Below, piece after piece: positions 39,383-54,034 of a DNA stretch of 64,000 bases (its first letter is position 1; each line of letters starts with the position of its first letter). The DNA is taken from positions 62,001-126,000 of the forward strand of contig JAQGDQ010000112.1 in NCBI GenBank assembly GCA_030141605.1. Direction: 5' to 3'. The notes beneath the pieces are model-generated. The model had not been told where the DNA came from. It saw only the letters and a list, made by a program, of their open reading frames with translations, and did no database searches. Made by a program: the position numbers and the translations under genes. The DNA is from Tubiluchus corallicola (lineage: Eukaryota; Animalia; Priapulida).

Positions 39383-40480
39383 TATGTAGATGACACTTTT
39401 TTATTGTTCAAACTATGAATCACGTAACTCATGTCATCACTACATCAAATTTACTTGTGGTATTGAAAGTAACGGTCCTTCATCGTTTCTAGATATACTG
39501 CTTCATCATGATCAGGATAGTATCTTTACATCTGTTTTTACACGTTTACTGTTCTGTATGCTGATTTTGAATTTTTCACTTGCAAACAGTTCAAATGTAA
39601 TCTTATTCAAACTCTATTATATAGAGCATTCGTATTTCATCAACCTATCACGAATTTCATGAAGAAATCAGTACTATAAAAAGTTTTTTTTCCAATAGGC
39701 TTCCAAAGAGGTTAATTGATTCTGTCTGTTTCCAAAAAATAGTGTATTTAGTTTATTGAGCATCAGTCTTTGCAAGTGAAAAAAAATCTGCAACTGTACC
39801 CTCATATTCAGCTACGTATTGTGTTAAAACCTGGCAATAATTTCGGCTCTTTCTCCCATTTAAAGACAAAATACCCACACTCTTACAGGCTGGTATTATG
39901 TATAGATTTCAGTGCAACAGCTGCAATGCTGCTTACCAAGGCAAAAACAAGGCAAGGTTAACATTTGGGTATTTCGTCTAGAACTGGCAAAAATTTAAAA
40001 AAAATTATCCTCAATCCAGCATTAATGACCATATTTGTGCTGCTGGCCACAAAGCTGATTTTAATAGTTTCAGAATTGTGAGCAGAGCTACAAATAACTG
40101 GGACTTACTAATAAAAGAAAGATTATCTATGTGCCCAATAAGCCTTCTCTTAATGTACAGACCAGTTCAATTTCTTTAACTTTATATTCAAACACTTAGC
40201 TATTTGTTATTGTATCGAATTTCTTTTCTTCAGGTCTGTTTACCTATTTGGCTTTTGTAAACGCATAATTAGTGCTTAAGTTACTGTACCAAATTCTTTA
40301 CTGGTCTGTTTATTCATTACAAGTTTGGTTTCTATTAATTACTTAACTAGTGCATAATAGGCTCTAAACTGGTTGTATGTTGGTAAATTTACCACAGATG
40401 ATGACAGCAGCAGCTAGTCGAAACGTTTGGCATGATTTTAACTTTTAACTTCTTAATGTAAAACTTTTTAATAAAGTTGT
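39383..40480 (+). mobile_element. Penelope-like element (RT C-terminus, GIY-YIG endonuclease, 3' region)
   Basis: YVDDTF, NSCHHYIKFTCGIESNGPSSFLDIL, GIMYRFQCNSCNAAYQGK, HLGISSRTGK, SSINDHICAAGH..FNSFRIV..DLLIKE..PSLN. Confidence 0.88.
40392..40430 (+). ncRNA. minimal type-I hammerhead-ribozyme-like motif (core variant)
   Basis: CCA-CAGATGA-T-GAC(11 nt)GTC-GAAA-CGTT-TGG; stem I CCA/TGG, stem II GAC/GTC, palindromic AACGTT; CTGATGA is changed to CAGATGA. Confidence 0.6.
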
Positions 40481-43400
40481 GCTGTTTTTAACTGCAAAAC
40501 AGGAGCATCGTCACCTTGCATTTCAACCTATATTAACAAACCAAATAAGATCCCCAGCTATTTTAACTTTTCATGCATTATTCGGGATTAGGGGATCTGG
40601 TGAAAGGCTGTTTTTGCAACACCCTGCTATTATAGTGTATTGTGTAAATATTTTATCATCTTGTTTGTTGAGATCTTCAGGTATTGCACTGTACAATTGG
40701 ATATAACGATCGTACTTTATGCGACCTGCAAAAAATAACCTTAAAATATTTCTTAATTGTTATTCATTCTCGGATTATTTTGCAGTATTTTTATTTGCGC
40801 CAAGCACTTATTAATAAAATAAAATAAAATAACTTAATACAATAGCTATATTTTATTGCCGTTTTATAAATAGCTAACATGTAGTTAATTTACAGGCTTC
40901 ACAGAAACTGCAAAACGAAGAAAAATGGTCAGAAGAAACCTATAATTTTGCTAAAAACGTTATCTTTGGTGAAAAAATGAAACGTGCAGTTTGTTGCTTG
41001 TATAGAAACACAATAGTTAGCTACTTATCCGATTGATGTACATTTATCAAATAATTAATTCAGTCAAGTTTATTGTAATTTATTTTAATTTACTGTCAGT
41101 TAATTTAATCCGTCCTAATGATTTAAAGGACAAGAAAAGGGGTACCTGAAGCAGGTTTCAGAAAATTCTACTTAAAAATTATACTACTTTACAGCATTTT
41201 TATGTATATATCGTACTCGCGTTTAGAGGAATTTTTGTTTGCTTTCATTTTAAATCTCTTGCAATACTCTTGCAATACGCCATTACATGACGTCACCTAC
41301 GCAAACGTAAATCAGGAGAAGAAAAGGTAATGTTAAATTATGTCAAAAAACTTTCCATGCAAATCTATTTTACTTAGCAATTCAATTACCTGCTGAAAAG
41401 ACTTATGTAACTGGAAATAATAATTTAAAATGTTTGTGCCAATTGATAAAATGTCGCAGACTCACCCTCCAGGGTGCGCCACTCACTACCAAAAACGTAT
41501 TTTTAATCTTATTGACAAGATACAATAATTTAAAAATTTTCTTAGTTAGCAACATGTATGCTACGAATGCTCTGATTATTTTTTCAAACTTTACCCAGTG
41601 TTATCTAAAGTTGTTCCAAACGTCTTACCATCAAAATGGCTGCACCTAACGGCCATCGCGAGAGTTAAAATTTACTCGTTTCATACAGCGTTTCGGCCAA
41701 TGCAAGCCCTGCATGCAAAAAGACAGTATGTAAGTTGCATACAATTTGGAGATTGATTTTTTAAGCTTTATGTAAGTGGAGGGTTTCTTGTGCTCAATAG
41801 TCGCTTGACCAAAAAGGATAGAAAAAATATTTTGTCTATTATTTTCTATGCCGGTTGGAAATATTGAAAACATAGTAATTTCTGACGGCACTATGAACAT
41901 AAAAATTAACAATTTGCATAAATATATTTTGATTAAATTGAATAAAGCTGGCGTTTCCAACTATTGTGAAAACGTGGCCACTCATTTCTCGCAATCATTC
42001 ATGGCGTTGCAACAAGAACTGATCAAAAGCAGCTAAAGACTGAGAACGAAAAACAAATCGAAACTTGTTAGGACTTAGTAATGTTTGTCCTCTTTCTTGA
42101 TGACCTCAGGCATTGACTGATCAATGATCATTGATTATAATGACGTCACGCTGAGTTGGAACTTGCTCAATACTTTTTGGCAACTTGTTTTTTGACGTAA
42201 AGTGGTTTTCTTAGAAGTGAAATTAAACTATGTAGTTTTACTAATGCTATGAAATGTTTTGTAGATTGGTGTAGGCGAATATTTTGTCATACTGTTTTCC
42301 AGTTCCTTCCCTTTCTTTTGCAACCTACGTTTCTTTTAAAAAATTGAAACAGAACCTTTCACAAATATTGATTAAATCGTTTTGTTTGGAGTTCTTTGGC
42401 TTAAAAGACGTTTAATTAACAAGTAATGTCAGTAACGTGGAGCATATTCAACTGTCAGATACAAATACGTTTTTAAGCTACACAAGTTGATTATTTGGTT
42501 GTATATTTATATAGTGTACCAAACCAGAATTTTTCCTTATGCGCGATGCTGATAAATTTTTGTTCTTGATGGGAAGTAGTGATTTCGAAATAATTAAGAC
42601 ATTTTTATTACGTTGAAAACACGTTTTTAAGACATGGTGAACAACACACTACGCAATGATATGCATATCACTGAAAAAGAGGCCAGATGAATGACAATCT
42701 ATTTTAAATGCTAATCATTAAATAAATTTATTTAAATGACTAAAATAACTAACAGGAGCGATTTTATAATATATCTGTTTTACCAATAATTATTTGTTAA
42801 TCTACAGTGTCATATCAAAATTGAAATTGTATGTATGTCTTGTTTTTTTTGTATTGAATGTATTTTTGGCACTAATAAATATGAATACATAGGATAGTCA
42901 CATAAGTGACGTCATGCATAATGCATAATTATAGAAAAGTTTTTAGACTGTATTACGTCAAACAAATTTGCTTCCTTGTGTGTAATTGTCTGCAATCGGT
43001 AGACAAACTCTGTTCTGTCAACGAAAAATTACTGAAAATATCATATTTCCACGTGAACATCTGTTGAAAACGAAACATATTTTTGCAGACAAGACAATGA
43101 CTCTCATTAACTTCTTGCTGATTGCTATTGCGCTTCGTGTTAACTTCGCGTTTAATTCACTAAAGCAGTAATCTTTCAACGGAATGCTTGGAGATTACAT
43201 TCTCTTCGTTTGTTTCAAGGCATCCATTTGTTGACACCAGTTCGTCATCACTGATTAATCGATTCGATCATTAGAATTCGTAATGGGTAGTGGTGGCATC
43301 AGTAGAGAGGTCGATGATGTTACTCTAGCTAATCAGTTTGCATGCCAATTTAGGCCACTTGTTAGTTTCAGTTGAAGTCCTAATTTGACTGTATAAACAG

Positions 43401-43789
43401 CATTAATCACGTTTAGTACACAATCATCTTTAAGGAAAGGAAAGACCAAAAATTTGGAAACTGTTAACTGCATACTTTGACAACATAACGAATAAAATCT
43501 ATAGTTTTGTGCCATCGTGTATTTTAATCTGTTTAAAGATTGTTAAAAATCTCAACCCTCAAAGATTAATTATGAAATTCTCAGTAAACCTACATATAGT
43601 TAGCTAACATGCCTTGATTAAAACAAAATGAAATGAAGTGGCAAGCAATGAAATGAAATAAATCAAAGGAAGTGGAAAGAAAAGACAAAAAGATGAAAGA
43701 AAGAAAGAAAGGAGAAAAGAGAGGAAAAGAAAAGATAGGAAAAGAAAACAAAGGAATTTAAAGAAAAGAAGGGAAGAGAAGAGAAGAGA

Positions 43790-44240
43790 AAAGGAAGAGA
43801 ATAGAGTAGAATAGAATAGAATAGAATAGAATAGAATAGAATAGAATAGAATAGAATAGAATAGAATAGAATAGAATAGAATAGAACAGAACAGAACAGA
43901 ACAGAACAGAACAGAACAGAACAGAACAGAACAGAACAGAACAGAACAGAACAGAATAGAAGATAAAAGAAGAAGAAGAAGAAGAAGAAGAAGAGAAAGA
44001 AGAAGAGAATAGAATAGAATAGAATAGAATAGAATAGAATAGAATAGAATAGAATAGAATAGAATAGAATAGAATAGAATAGAATAGAATAGAATAGAAT
44101 AGAATAGAATAGAATAGAATAGAATAGAATAGAATAGAATAGAATAGAAGAGAAGAGAAGAGAAGAGAAGAGAAGAGAAGAGAAGAGAAGAGAAGAGAAG
44201 AGAAGAGAAGAGAAGAGAAGAGAAGAGAAGAGAAGAGAAG
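43790..44240. repeat. compound pentamer microsatellite (AATAG)n/(AACAG)n/(AAGAG)n within a purine tract 43665-44455
   Basis: direct reading. Confidence 0.95.
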
Positions 44241-44689
44241 AAAATGGAAAAAGAAGAGATTTAAAAAGAAGGGAAAAGCAAAGAAAAGAAAAGAAAAAAG
44301 AAAAGATGGGAAAGGAAAGAAAGACAACGGAAAGAGGAGAATGAAAGAATTGTAAATAAAGAAGAAAAAGAAAAGAAAAGAAAAGAAAGGAAAAGAAAAG
44401 GAAAATAAAGGAAAGAAAGGAAAGGAATGGAATGGAAAGAAAAGAAAAGAAATAAGGGCCTAATCTCCTTTTTATAAGTCCAGGTATGAACATAATAAAT
44501 CTAAATGTTAATGACTGTTCTTGAATTATAGATAAGCTAATGTGTAGTTAGGACGTACACTTATCACCACATCATAGACGATTACTCTATCCTACCAGTC
44601 TAAAACAAAATAACGAGAAAGATCTTCATTTGGTTTAGCATCATTCAGCTTATACTACTGCTACTACGATTATTACTTGATTTAATTAA

Positions 44690-44903
44690 AGTTAGGAAAA
44701 ATATTGACCATGATCAATGACTACCGTGGGTGTTTCCTAAGTCTTACTACTTGTATTTTTGCTGCTACTGAGACTGATAGTTTTCCAGACTACATGGCAA
44801 TTTGGTTTACCAATCAGTCTCAGTAGCAGCAGAAATACAAGTAGAAGCATTTAGCAAAAACACCCACGATAGTCATTGATCATGGTCAATATTTTTCCTA
44901 ACT
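44690..44903. mobile_element. fold-back MITE with Kolobok-like ends
   Basis: ~90-bp inverted arms; TTAA|AGTTAGGAAAAATATTGACCATGATCAATGAC ... GTCATTGATCATGGTCAATATTTTTCCTAACT|TTAA. Confidence 0.8.
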
Positions 44904-45929
44904 TTAATTAAGTCTAGTTCCATGGAAACGCAAGATTTGTTGAGAACAAATTTTGCCAAGAAAATTAACGAATCTCAAGTTAGACAATTCAACATAGCTT
45001 TAGGTGGTAACGTTTCACTAATTTGACACTTTTGATGCTTGAATTTTATCTCCGAAACTGTGAATATGAATAAATTACAAAGCAAAGTAGAAGTTGGTCA
45101 TTTCTACTTGCTTATTCTGTCTACAGCAACTTTTCCTGTGTTGTAATGGGACTGAATTAGCGGATGTAAAGGACAAGCTAATCGTTATGAAAAACGGTGT
45201 ATTGAAATAAAGTAATAAGAAGTAGGTCATTAAGGTAGGTAAAAGAAATCAGCGGTCCTAGGAAGGATCGTTTTGGTAAACCATAATCTAGATAATGAAA
45301 AGTAGTGGTCCTAGTGTGAGTCCTTGCGGTACTCCATAGTTATACCAACAACGTTGCTTTAGGTTATTGACACTAAGCATCTGATAAATATCTACTTAGT
45401 AACTTAATAACAGTGACTATCAAATATAAACAAACTAAAGTGTCCAGTTTATAGTCTGCAATGAAGAAAGGCCAAGCAGTAACAATTATAGGGAATATTG
45501 TATTCTGCCAATTTCAATTTCAATTCCAATTAAGTTTTCCAGTGCGTGACAGGAAATGATCAAAGTACACGTAAGTGATGTTCATTATTTTTGTTGCTGC
45601 CATTCGTCAATGAACTGTGTTTTTACTCGCTGGACATATAAATTGTTAACGATGAAACAATATCAAGACTAGTTGGTTACTCGGTCAGGATTGAATCAAA
45701 GCTTAGCAAATATTTGTCATCGTTAGCTCAAATGTTCCCGCTGCGGCTGAACAACTACTGGGCAAGCAAGATTACTTGACGATAGTCCCGAGAAAAACCA
45801 GTCATAGTTAAGATAATTACAGGTAAGAAAGAATGAATTTATGTAGATGTGATCATTTCAATAAAAAGGCAGAAGAAATTTGAAGAAGTATATCAGGGGA
45901 AAGAAAAAATGTAGAAGAGAGAAGAAGGT

Positions 45930-46136
<207 letters not shown>

Positions 46137-48349
46137 GTATATATCTAAAGCGTTTGCAAATAGTAAGAACTGCAACTGAAAGTCTTCAATTCACACCAAG
46201 TAGATTTTTATTTATTATTATAAGCCAGATTTATTTTTAAAAAGCTCAATTTCCTGTCTACATACGTGCGTATGTGCTAACTTCCGTATCGCATTCATCA
46301 ACGTTCTTTCAGGTTTTAAGCGTCAACAAATGTATTGTGCTTAAAATAATAATTTCACCAGGGATGTTTCCCCCAGAGAAACCAAGAAAGAGTTAAGAGA
46401 AGCCATAAACCGCCCCATCGCAGCTGTCGCTGACACCCGCAGCCTTATACCGCCATCATCAGCAGAATTATTTGGCACTTGGCGCAAGAGGTTTACAAGT
46501 TTGCCTGTTCACGTCATAAATCACAACGCTAATTTTATCATCGCTGCTCGTAACGCCTGTAAGTTGGAAGCCTGGGGGCGAAAATCACGAGGCAACAGAA
46601 ACTCCTCTTACATACCTACATAATCTAAACGCTTTTTTGCTTTTCTCGTTGGTCAAAACAACATGAAGTGACGAGAAATAATCGCCCCGAGCCTTAGAGT
46701 TTAAATGCATTAGTGACACATAGCTTACTGTAATTATACGTCGCATTCATAATGTTAGTTAAGCGAGAAGCGCACAAAGACAATATTTGCGACTCTTAGT
46801 GCGTTTGTAACCAACCTAGTTAATTTCTGTTGTGATGTGCAGTCTAAATAAGGTATGTATTACAATGTTATAAAATAAATAATCTTGCTTATTTGTCTGT
46901 TCTTATAAATTAGCAAGTTCCTCATGACAGACATTATTCGTGTACTATATGGTAAAACAACGCACATTAAAGATTTTTTCTTTATCGTAATGCAATCGTC
47001 CCGTATGTCCGAGACATGAAAAAAACGGTCAGTGAACCTGCAGCGTTTCTTGTACAATATCAAGGTAAAAAACATTATTGTGTATTTTGCACTGTTTGCC
47101 TTTCATTTCGAAAAAAACCATCGAAATCAAACCAAACTTAACAAAATCGTCGTCTCTGATTTCGTTTCTGAGGCCAAATGTCACGTTTCTGCATCAACAG
47201 GTACACCTTCACCTTTCTGAAACAGAACACCACAGAGAAAAAATTCGTCAAAAGAAATTGGAACAATTTCTTCAAATGTATATGTATCTATATGTATTGT
47301 ACTGCAGCAAGCAAACAAATTTCGCTAGCGGAAGAATTTATCCTTATTTCCGTGCTTTAGTTATTGTCCTGATTTTTATCAGTATCGTACGTATCTTGAT
47401 CTTTATCAGTATCTTATCATTATATTTATTTCAGTACCTTACAGACTCCTTCACACTGTAGAAACAAGACAACAACACAGAAATTCAAGACATACAAATC
47501 CAGACATGTTGGTGAACTACACGTGTCTGTTCGTTTTCTTGTCTGTCTATACTAAAAAAGAAGTCCGCTGGCGTGCTAAAATCACACTGAAATGAAGAAA
47601 ATATTTCAGCCCGTAAATTTATTTGTTTTGTTTGAGGTGTGCAAGTTAGATGCAGGTGCTGACGTACTAGTTTTGTTATCACTGCTGAATTTTCCTTTGC
47701 ATTTTGTTTCTGAAAGGTAAGGCTGTTAGTGCGCCTATTTATGCAGAAATCGACAGTTTTAGTACATGCAAATCAAAGGCAACGAATTTGCCAAATATGG
47801 TTTTATTCCAATATTTTTTCCAAATGCATTGCAAACAATGTAAAATTCTCACTGCCGTGTTTTGCCTTGACGTTTCCCATATTTGGTTCTATTTCAACGG
47901 TTTTTTCAAAATCAATTGCAAACAATGGAAAATTCACAATGTAGTTTTTTGCATTGTTGTTGCACGTTCATGCATTATTTGTTTGGACTACTAAGCAAGG
48001 GCGCAAACTCAATTAAATCAGTATTTGCTTTCTAGAATTGTAGTTACAAGGTTTTCATAAACTTGAGTTATAAACAGCGTGAAAGTTTTCACTTGGCTGC
48101 TGAACGCATCTTCCTAATCTTTGTTGCCACGCTTCAGCACCAGGCGGCTATCAAATGCATCCAGCTGTTCACTTGTTTACAGCCTGCTTCTCCAGAGTGT
48201 CTTTAAGTTTCAATCACTGTCTAGTAAAATTGTGTTCAATTAGCTGTTTTTATGCCCTTCGCGTGTGCCGGTTTTTGCCGGCATTCCGCTGTTTCCGTTC
48301 TGCCGTGAGGCGGAAGATAGGCGAGTAGTGGGAGGTGTCATCGTCAGGG

Positions 48350-48688
48350 AAGGTGCCTAGGCTAATGAGATTATGGAGCCACCCTCTAATTTACTCGCAT
48401 ACGTCCCGAATATTTTTAATTGTGATATATTTTAGCAACATTTGCATAGCTTGAGGCCCCATATTTCGAAAAAAGGCCTTCAAAGAGGAACCTTTATTTC
48501 AAATAAAGGGCTTCAAACAAGGGCTCTTTGTCTCCTTTGTCTCAAATAAAAGACCTCAAACAGGGAGCCTTTATTTCAAATGAGGAGCCACTTTAAAATT
48601 ATATTTTTAAACTTTCTGGCTTGCTTTTTTAAAGTATAAAGTATGCCCCCCTTAAGCTTGTTGTACTCTATAGTATAACCCAGCCCTG
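48350..48688. mobile_element. hAT-type MITE, inverted relative of 27186-27545
   Basis: gcatagcttgaggccccatatttc and aaatgaggagccactttaaaa are reverse complements of segments of 27186-27545; ends CCAGCCCTG. Confidence 0.65.
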
Positions 48689-50439
48689 GCTATAGTGCAT
48701 TGTACCTCTGTTTGTGTTTGATACAATGTGAAATCAAGGCAAGAAAAGACAAAGTAAGCCAGGGTAAGGCAAACTGAGTTCAAGTAGAGTCGATAATTTT
48801 GCAATTTGCTTGGGTGTGCTAGAAACAGATTCCAAATTTTCTATCAAAATTTGTCATTTAAAATCTCGAGAATCAGTAGCACTGCACATCATATTCTAAC
48901 TTTCGTTTAACTCAAGTCTTTCCAAGTTTCATTTTGGTAGCAATGTGCTAGTAACAATGGACTGTATCGAAAAGCCGCTGAACTGGTGTTTTATAACAAT
49001 GAGTTGCTTCTCTAAGTTCCCTGGTTCAAATCAAGGATTTGTTAAGTTTTTTACACATCCTTTTTTGCACATCCTTACACAACGGGGGGGGGCAGTATAT
49101 GACATGATGAAACCGGTTTACAGTTACCGTTCATTTGCCGTACAGTTTAGCATTCACAGTATTAAATGCTTAAAGCAAAGGACAAATCTTCTGGAATGTT
49201 AGGCTTGTTTCAATTTTCGTAAAAATTTTTAGAGGGATTTAGTATTAAAAGTGCGATAAGCACCTCGTGTAATTAGTAAAATCACATTAAAGTCCTGGTC
49301 ATTTTACACTTGGGCGCTCGCATTTTGACCTCCCGCCAATCTTCCACCAATGACGTTGTTCATCGACTGAAGAAAAGCAGCGCACTATCAAGATAACTAA
49401 TTTTATGATATTTCTGGTGAATGTTATGTAAGTAGCAGAAGTTTGAATAACGCATTAGTAGCGCGAGCTTACAGAAAGCTACGACTTGCTTACGAAAACT
49501 CCCGAAATCCACAACTTTGCCATAATTTTTAAGTGAATGGTGTCTATCACCGCGCCTGCAAATTTATGTTCTATATAAACAGTTTTTTGCAAATTTTCTT
49601 TTTCTATTTTACTATTTGATAGGAGGAAAACAAACCCATCATATTAAATAACGTGTCCTTTGATTGCTAAGCCTACAAATTCAATTCAAATTCAAACTCA
49701 AATTCAAAATTCAAAAATTCTTATACCTTGACCACTGAGCTATTCCTCCACTCGCTTTCGCCTTCCGCCAATGTCCTGGGTTTATTTTTCAGTTTTTCAT
49801 TACGCAACCCTCAAAGTTAAACCTATTCTTTCGAGAAAGATTGAGTATATTCTAGAATCGCGAAATTCCACTTACTTTTGTGTAACAGTCAAGCTTATTT
49901 ATAATGTTGATCGACTGCGACAAACGATTTCTAACCAAATAAGTTTCGCGCTAAGCTAATCAGTGGCGAAACCAGTCAGTAAAACACCTGAGATAACCAC
50001 AGTAATCATCTATGATTCATAAGTGAATAAATAACTATTCACTTAAGGTTTTTAAACCACCAAACTGATGTAGAACTATAGTAAACAACGCAGACATTGA
50101 TCTCCAGTTTCCTCGTGAGCTTCATTGACGTCGTTGGAAGAGGTTGTTATCGATCTGTTAATTTCCTGCAACCTGCGGTGGTGGTCCACCCTCACAATAA
50201 ATCAAATTAGAGCTAACTGAGACGCACAGTGAACGGGCTAATAACTTTATTACACAAAATGAGGAGAAAATCGTGTTCATGCCTCATCCAAAACTTTTGT
50301 TGAGACAAATTGGGGATTTTGAATGTTGCGAAATGAAACAGTGACGAAGACAGTGAAGCAGCTATTCTAACCCTGAAGTATGTCAGGCCCTAGAAAGAAT
50401 TTAATATTCATCGGATTCCAACTCAATTCATCTCAAGCA

Positions 50440-50690
50440 CTGGGCCAATTCGTTTGGCTGTCGATTCATGGGTTCTGAGTTTGAATCCCACTAATGTCGG
50501 GATTTTTCGAGCCACGTACAAACTGAACAGAATTTTCTGGCCACCTTTCTAGGCCTACCCAGGTTTAAGTCAAGGTGCTGAGAGAACTAATGTAATTGAG
50601 TGGCCGGCTAGCTACCTGTCCTTATGTGCCGAGATTTCATAAATAGATGCCGTAACCACCTGTGTCTATATCACGTGCTACGTCAAGTGA
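50440..50690 (+). mobile_element. tRNA-derived SINE relic
   Basis: B-box-like GAGTTTGAATCCC at about 50477; other B-box relics on minus near 15410 and 25378. Confidence 0.4.
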
Positions 50691-50700
50691 TGATGCTTGT

Positions 50701-51560
<860 letters not shown>

Positions 51561-52364
51561 ACTTTATTTACAAAAGCGCCAATTAAAGCTTTCCTTCTTA
51601 GAATGTAGGTGTCGGAAATAGTGCCATCTGCTAATTCTCTTCTGAAGTTTGGTCTCTTCTCTTGGCTTGCAAAGTCACATTCTTCTTTAATCTACGTCTT
51701 TTCCTTCTCCGCCCTCCTAAGTCTACTTAGCTTTAACTGAGTACGGGGGAAGGGGGAGGCGACTGAGCAATGAGCTAGCCACATATCCTCCCGTATACGT
51801 TTCACCAGAAAATAGTTTTTTCTTCTTACTCAGTCTATTCTTCTTCAACTGTTGCTAGTAAAATATCGACTCCTAGTGTCTATCTCACTAGAAATTTATT
51901 TTACCTTCGAGACGTTCTCTTGTTTAATAGCTTAGTAACTAAAAACTGCACTCTCGGGGAAAACGGTAATTTCCGTTAACGTGACTTCGGACAGTTTTAA
52001 GTAAAAAAAGAGGCAACTTTGCAGCGGATGAGCGTGAAGTGTCCATCTTGTAGGTTCCTTCATCAAAGTCTAGATGTGCGTGACTTCAAGCGCAACTTGT
52101 TTAATATAACTGAGCATCAAACCATCCAGATGTAGACAAATGTCAACTGTCACTCAGATATAACATTGCCAGTATTTGCTACACGGGCACCGAATCTATA
52201 GCCTGCACTCAATTTACCGTATCACTTGTAAACGTATTTTTAAATTATTACACAAGAAAATCACTCATTTAGTCTGTCGGCTGAGGCGGGCGGTCAGTCG
52301 GTCAATTACTCAGGCAGTTAGTAAGTCACTCAATTGGTCAATCAAAAGTTAGACAGTTAATCGG

Positions 52365-52515
52365 TCAGTCAGTCAGCCAGTCAGTCAGCCAGTCAGTCAG
52401 TCAGTCAGTCACTCTGTTTGTCAGTCAGTCAGTCAGTCAGTCAGTCAGTCAGTCAGTCAGTCAGTCAGTCAGTCAGTCAGTCAGTCAGTCAGTCAGTCAG
52501 TCAGTCAGTCAGTCA

Positions 52516-52557
<42 letters not shown>
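52365..52557. repeat. (CAGT)n then (CTGT)n microsatellite
   Basis: direct reading; (CTGT)n resumes at 53984-54078 after the LINE. Confidence 0.95.
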
Positions 52558-53971
52558 GATGTGCTTCACAAATGGTGCCAGAAATGGCGTTTAAAGATAA
52601 ATACGTTACCTGGTAAGACAGAAGCATTGCTAGTAAGGGCATGGGATGAAAATAACAAGCCAGACAATTTAAAAATTAGTAACAATGAAATATTGTTTGT
52701 TGAAGACAGCAAAATATTAGGCCTAACTGTTGATCGGAAATTAACATTTGTTAAACACGCGGGCAATGTTCATAAAAAGGTATGGTATAGATGGTTGAAA
52801 GTAAAAAACAATTGCAGTAAATATGCAGGTTTGCGACTTGCTACCATTGTAAATATTTATAAAACTATTATTTTGCCGATTATACTGTATGGTGCTATTG
52901 TATGGTTAGGTAAAAAACTTACTGTATTTGAAGATATAACCTATGATATAATGAAAGTTTCTGCGGGGTTGGCTTTTAAACCAGATCGTACTAAATTGGA
53001 ATTACTTTGTGGTCTTCCACCGTTAGACATTGAACTAAATGTAATTGTGGTTAAATCATGTCTTAAGACATTATGTCAGAGCGCAAATGATTCAGTAAAA
53101 CAACAGATTCTGCGGTATGGTAGTACACGTCTGACAGGAAGACATATTTACAAAAATATTATGTATACAAATGTGCAGACTGTGAGAAACTTTTTAAAAT
53201 TTGTCTGGAATGAAAACTTTCGTAATACAGATCTTGAACAAATTCCTGAAAATATGTTAATTTATACCAAACGTCAAATTACAGATTATGTTTCTTATAC
53301 CTGGGCAACTAAATATAGGCATGTTATGCAATTTCGAGGAGAAAATGTTGAAATACAGAATATAAAATGTACACCCTTAAATTTGCCACTTGGAAATAAT
53401 GAAAGGAAAATAGAATCCATTACCATGTCCTTTTTAACTGGCCAGGGGAATTTTAACAGCTTTTTGTATAGACTTAATATGTGTGATACTAGTTTATGTC
53501 CATGTGGAGAAGAAGAGCAAACTCCTCAGCACATTTTATTCAGATGTAATAAAATAGATAATGCAAAAAGAATGCCGTTCATGGAAATAGCTGATGCCAA
53601 TTATACACGTAATATTATGCTTCAATCTGATAAAAATTTAATAATGGCTTTCACTAACCTGATCAGGGACAATTTTATACTAAGTAACTGTTAATTTAGG
53701 CCCGCCCCAGTATAAAAAATAAAAAAAAAAAAAAAAAAAAAAAAAATAAATAAATTATGTAGTTGTGTAAAGTTAATTTGTTTGTATAATACTTGTGATT
53801 CGTTTGAAATTATATCTAATTTAAGTATAAAATGTTATTCGTTGTACATAGTGTGAAACTGGATTTAAAAGATTTGTTATGTGAAAATGTAATTTGTTGA
53901 ACTGAGCCTGCAAAAAGAGGCACCTTTGTGTATATATATATTCATTTCTTTAATAAAGATTTATTATTATT
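52558..53971 (+). mobile_element. young 5'-truncated non-LTR retrotransposon (ORF2 C-terminal 377 codons intact, 3' UTR, tail)
   Basis: WCQKWRLKIN..KTE, KILGLTVDRKLTF..H, LPIILYGAIVW, GLPPLDI, FLTGQGNFNSFLYRL..CPCGEEEQTPQHILFRC (CCHC); ends AATAAAGATTTATTATTATT. Confidence 0.93.
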
Positions 53972-53983
53972 AAAAAAAATATA

Positions 53984-54034
<51 letters not shown>

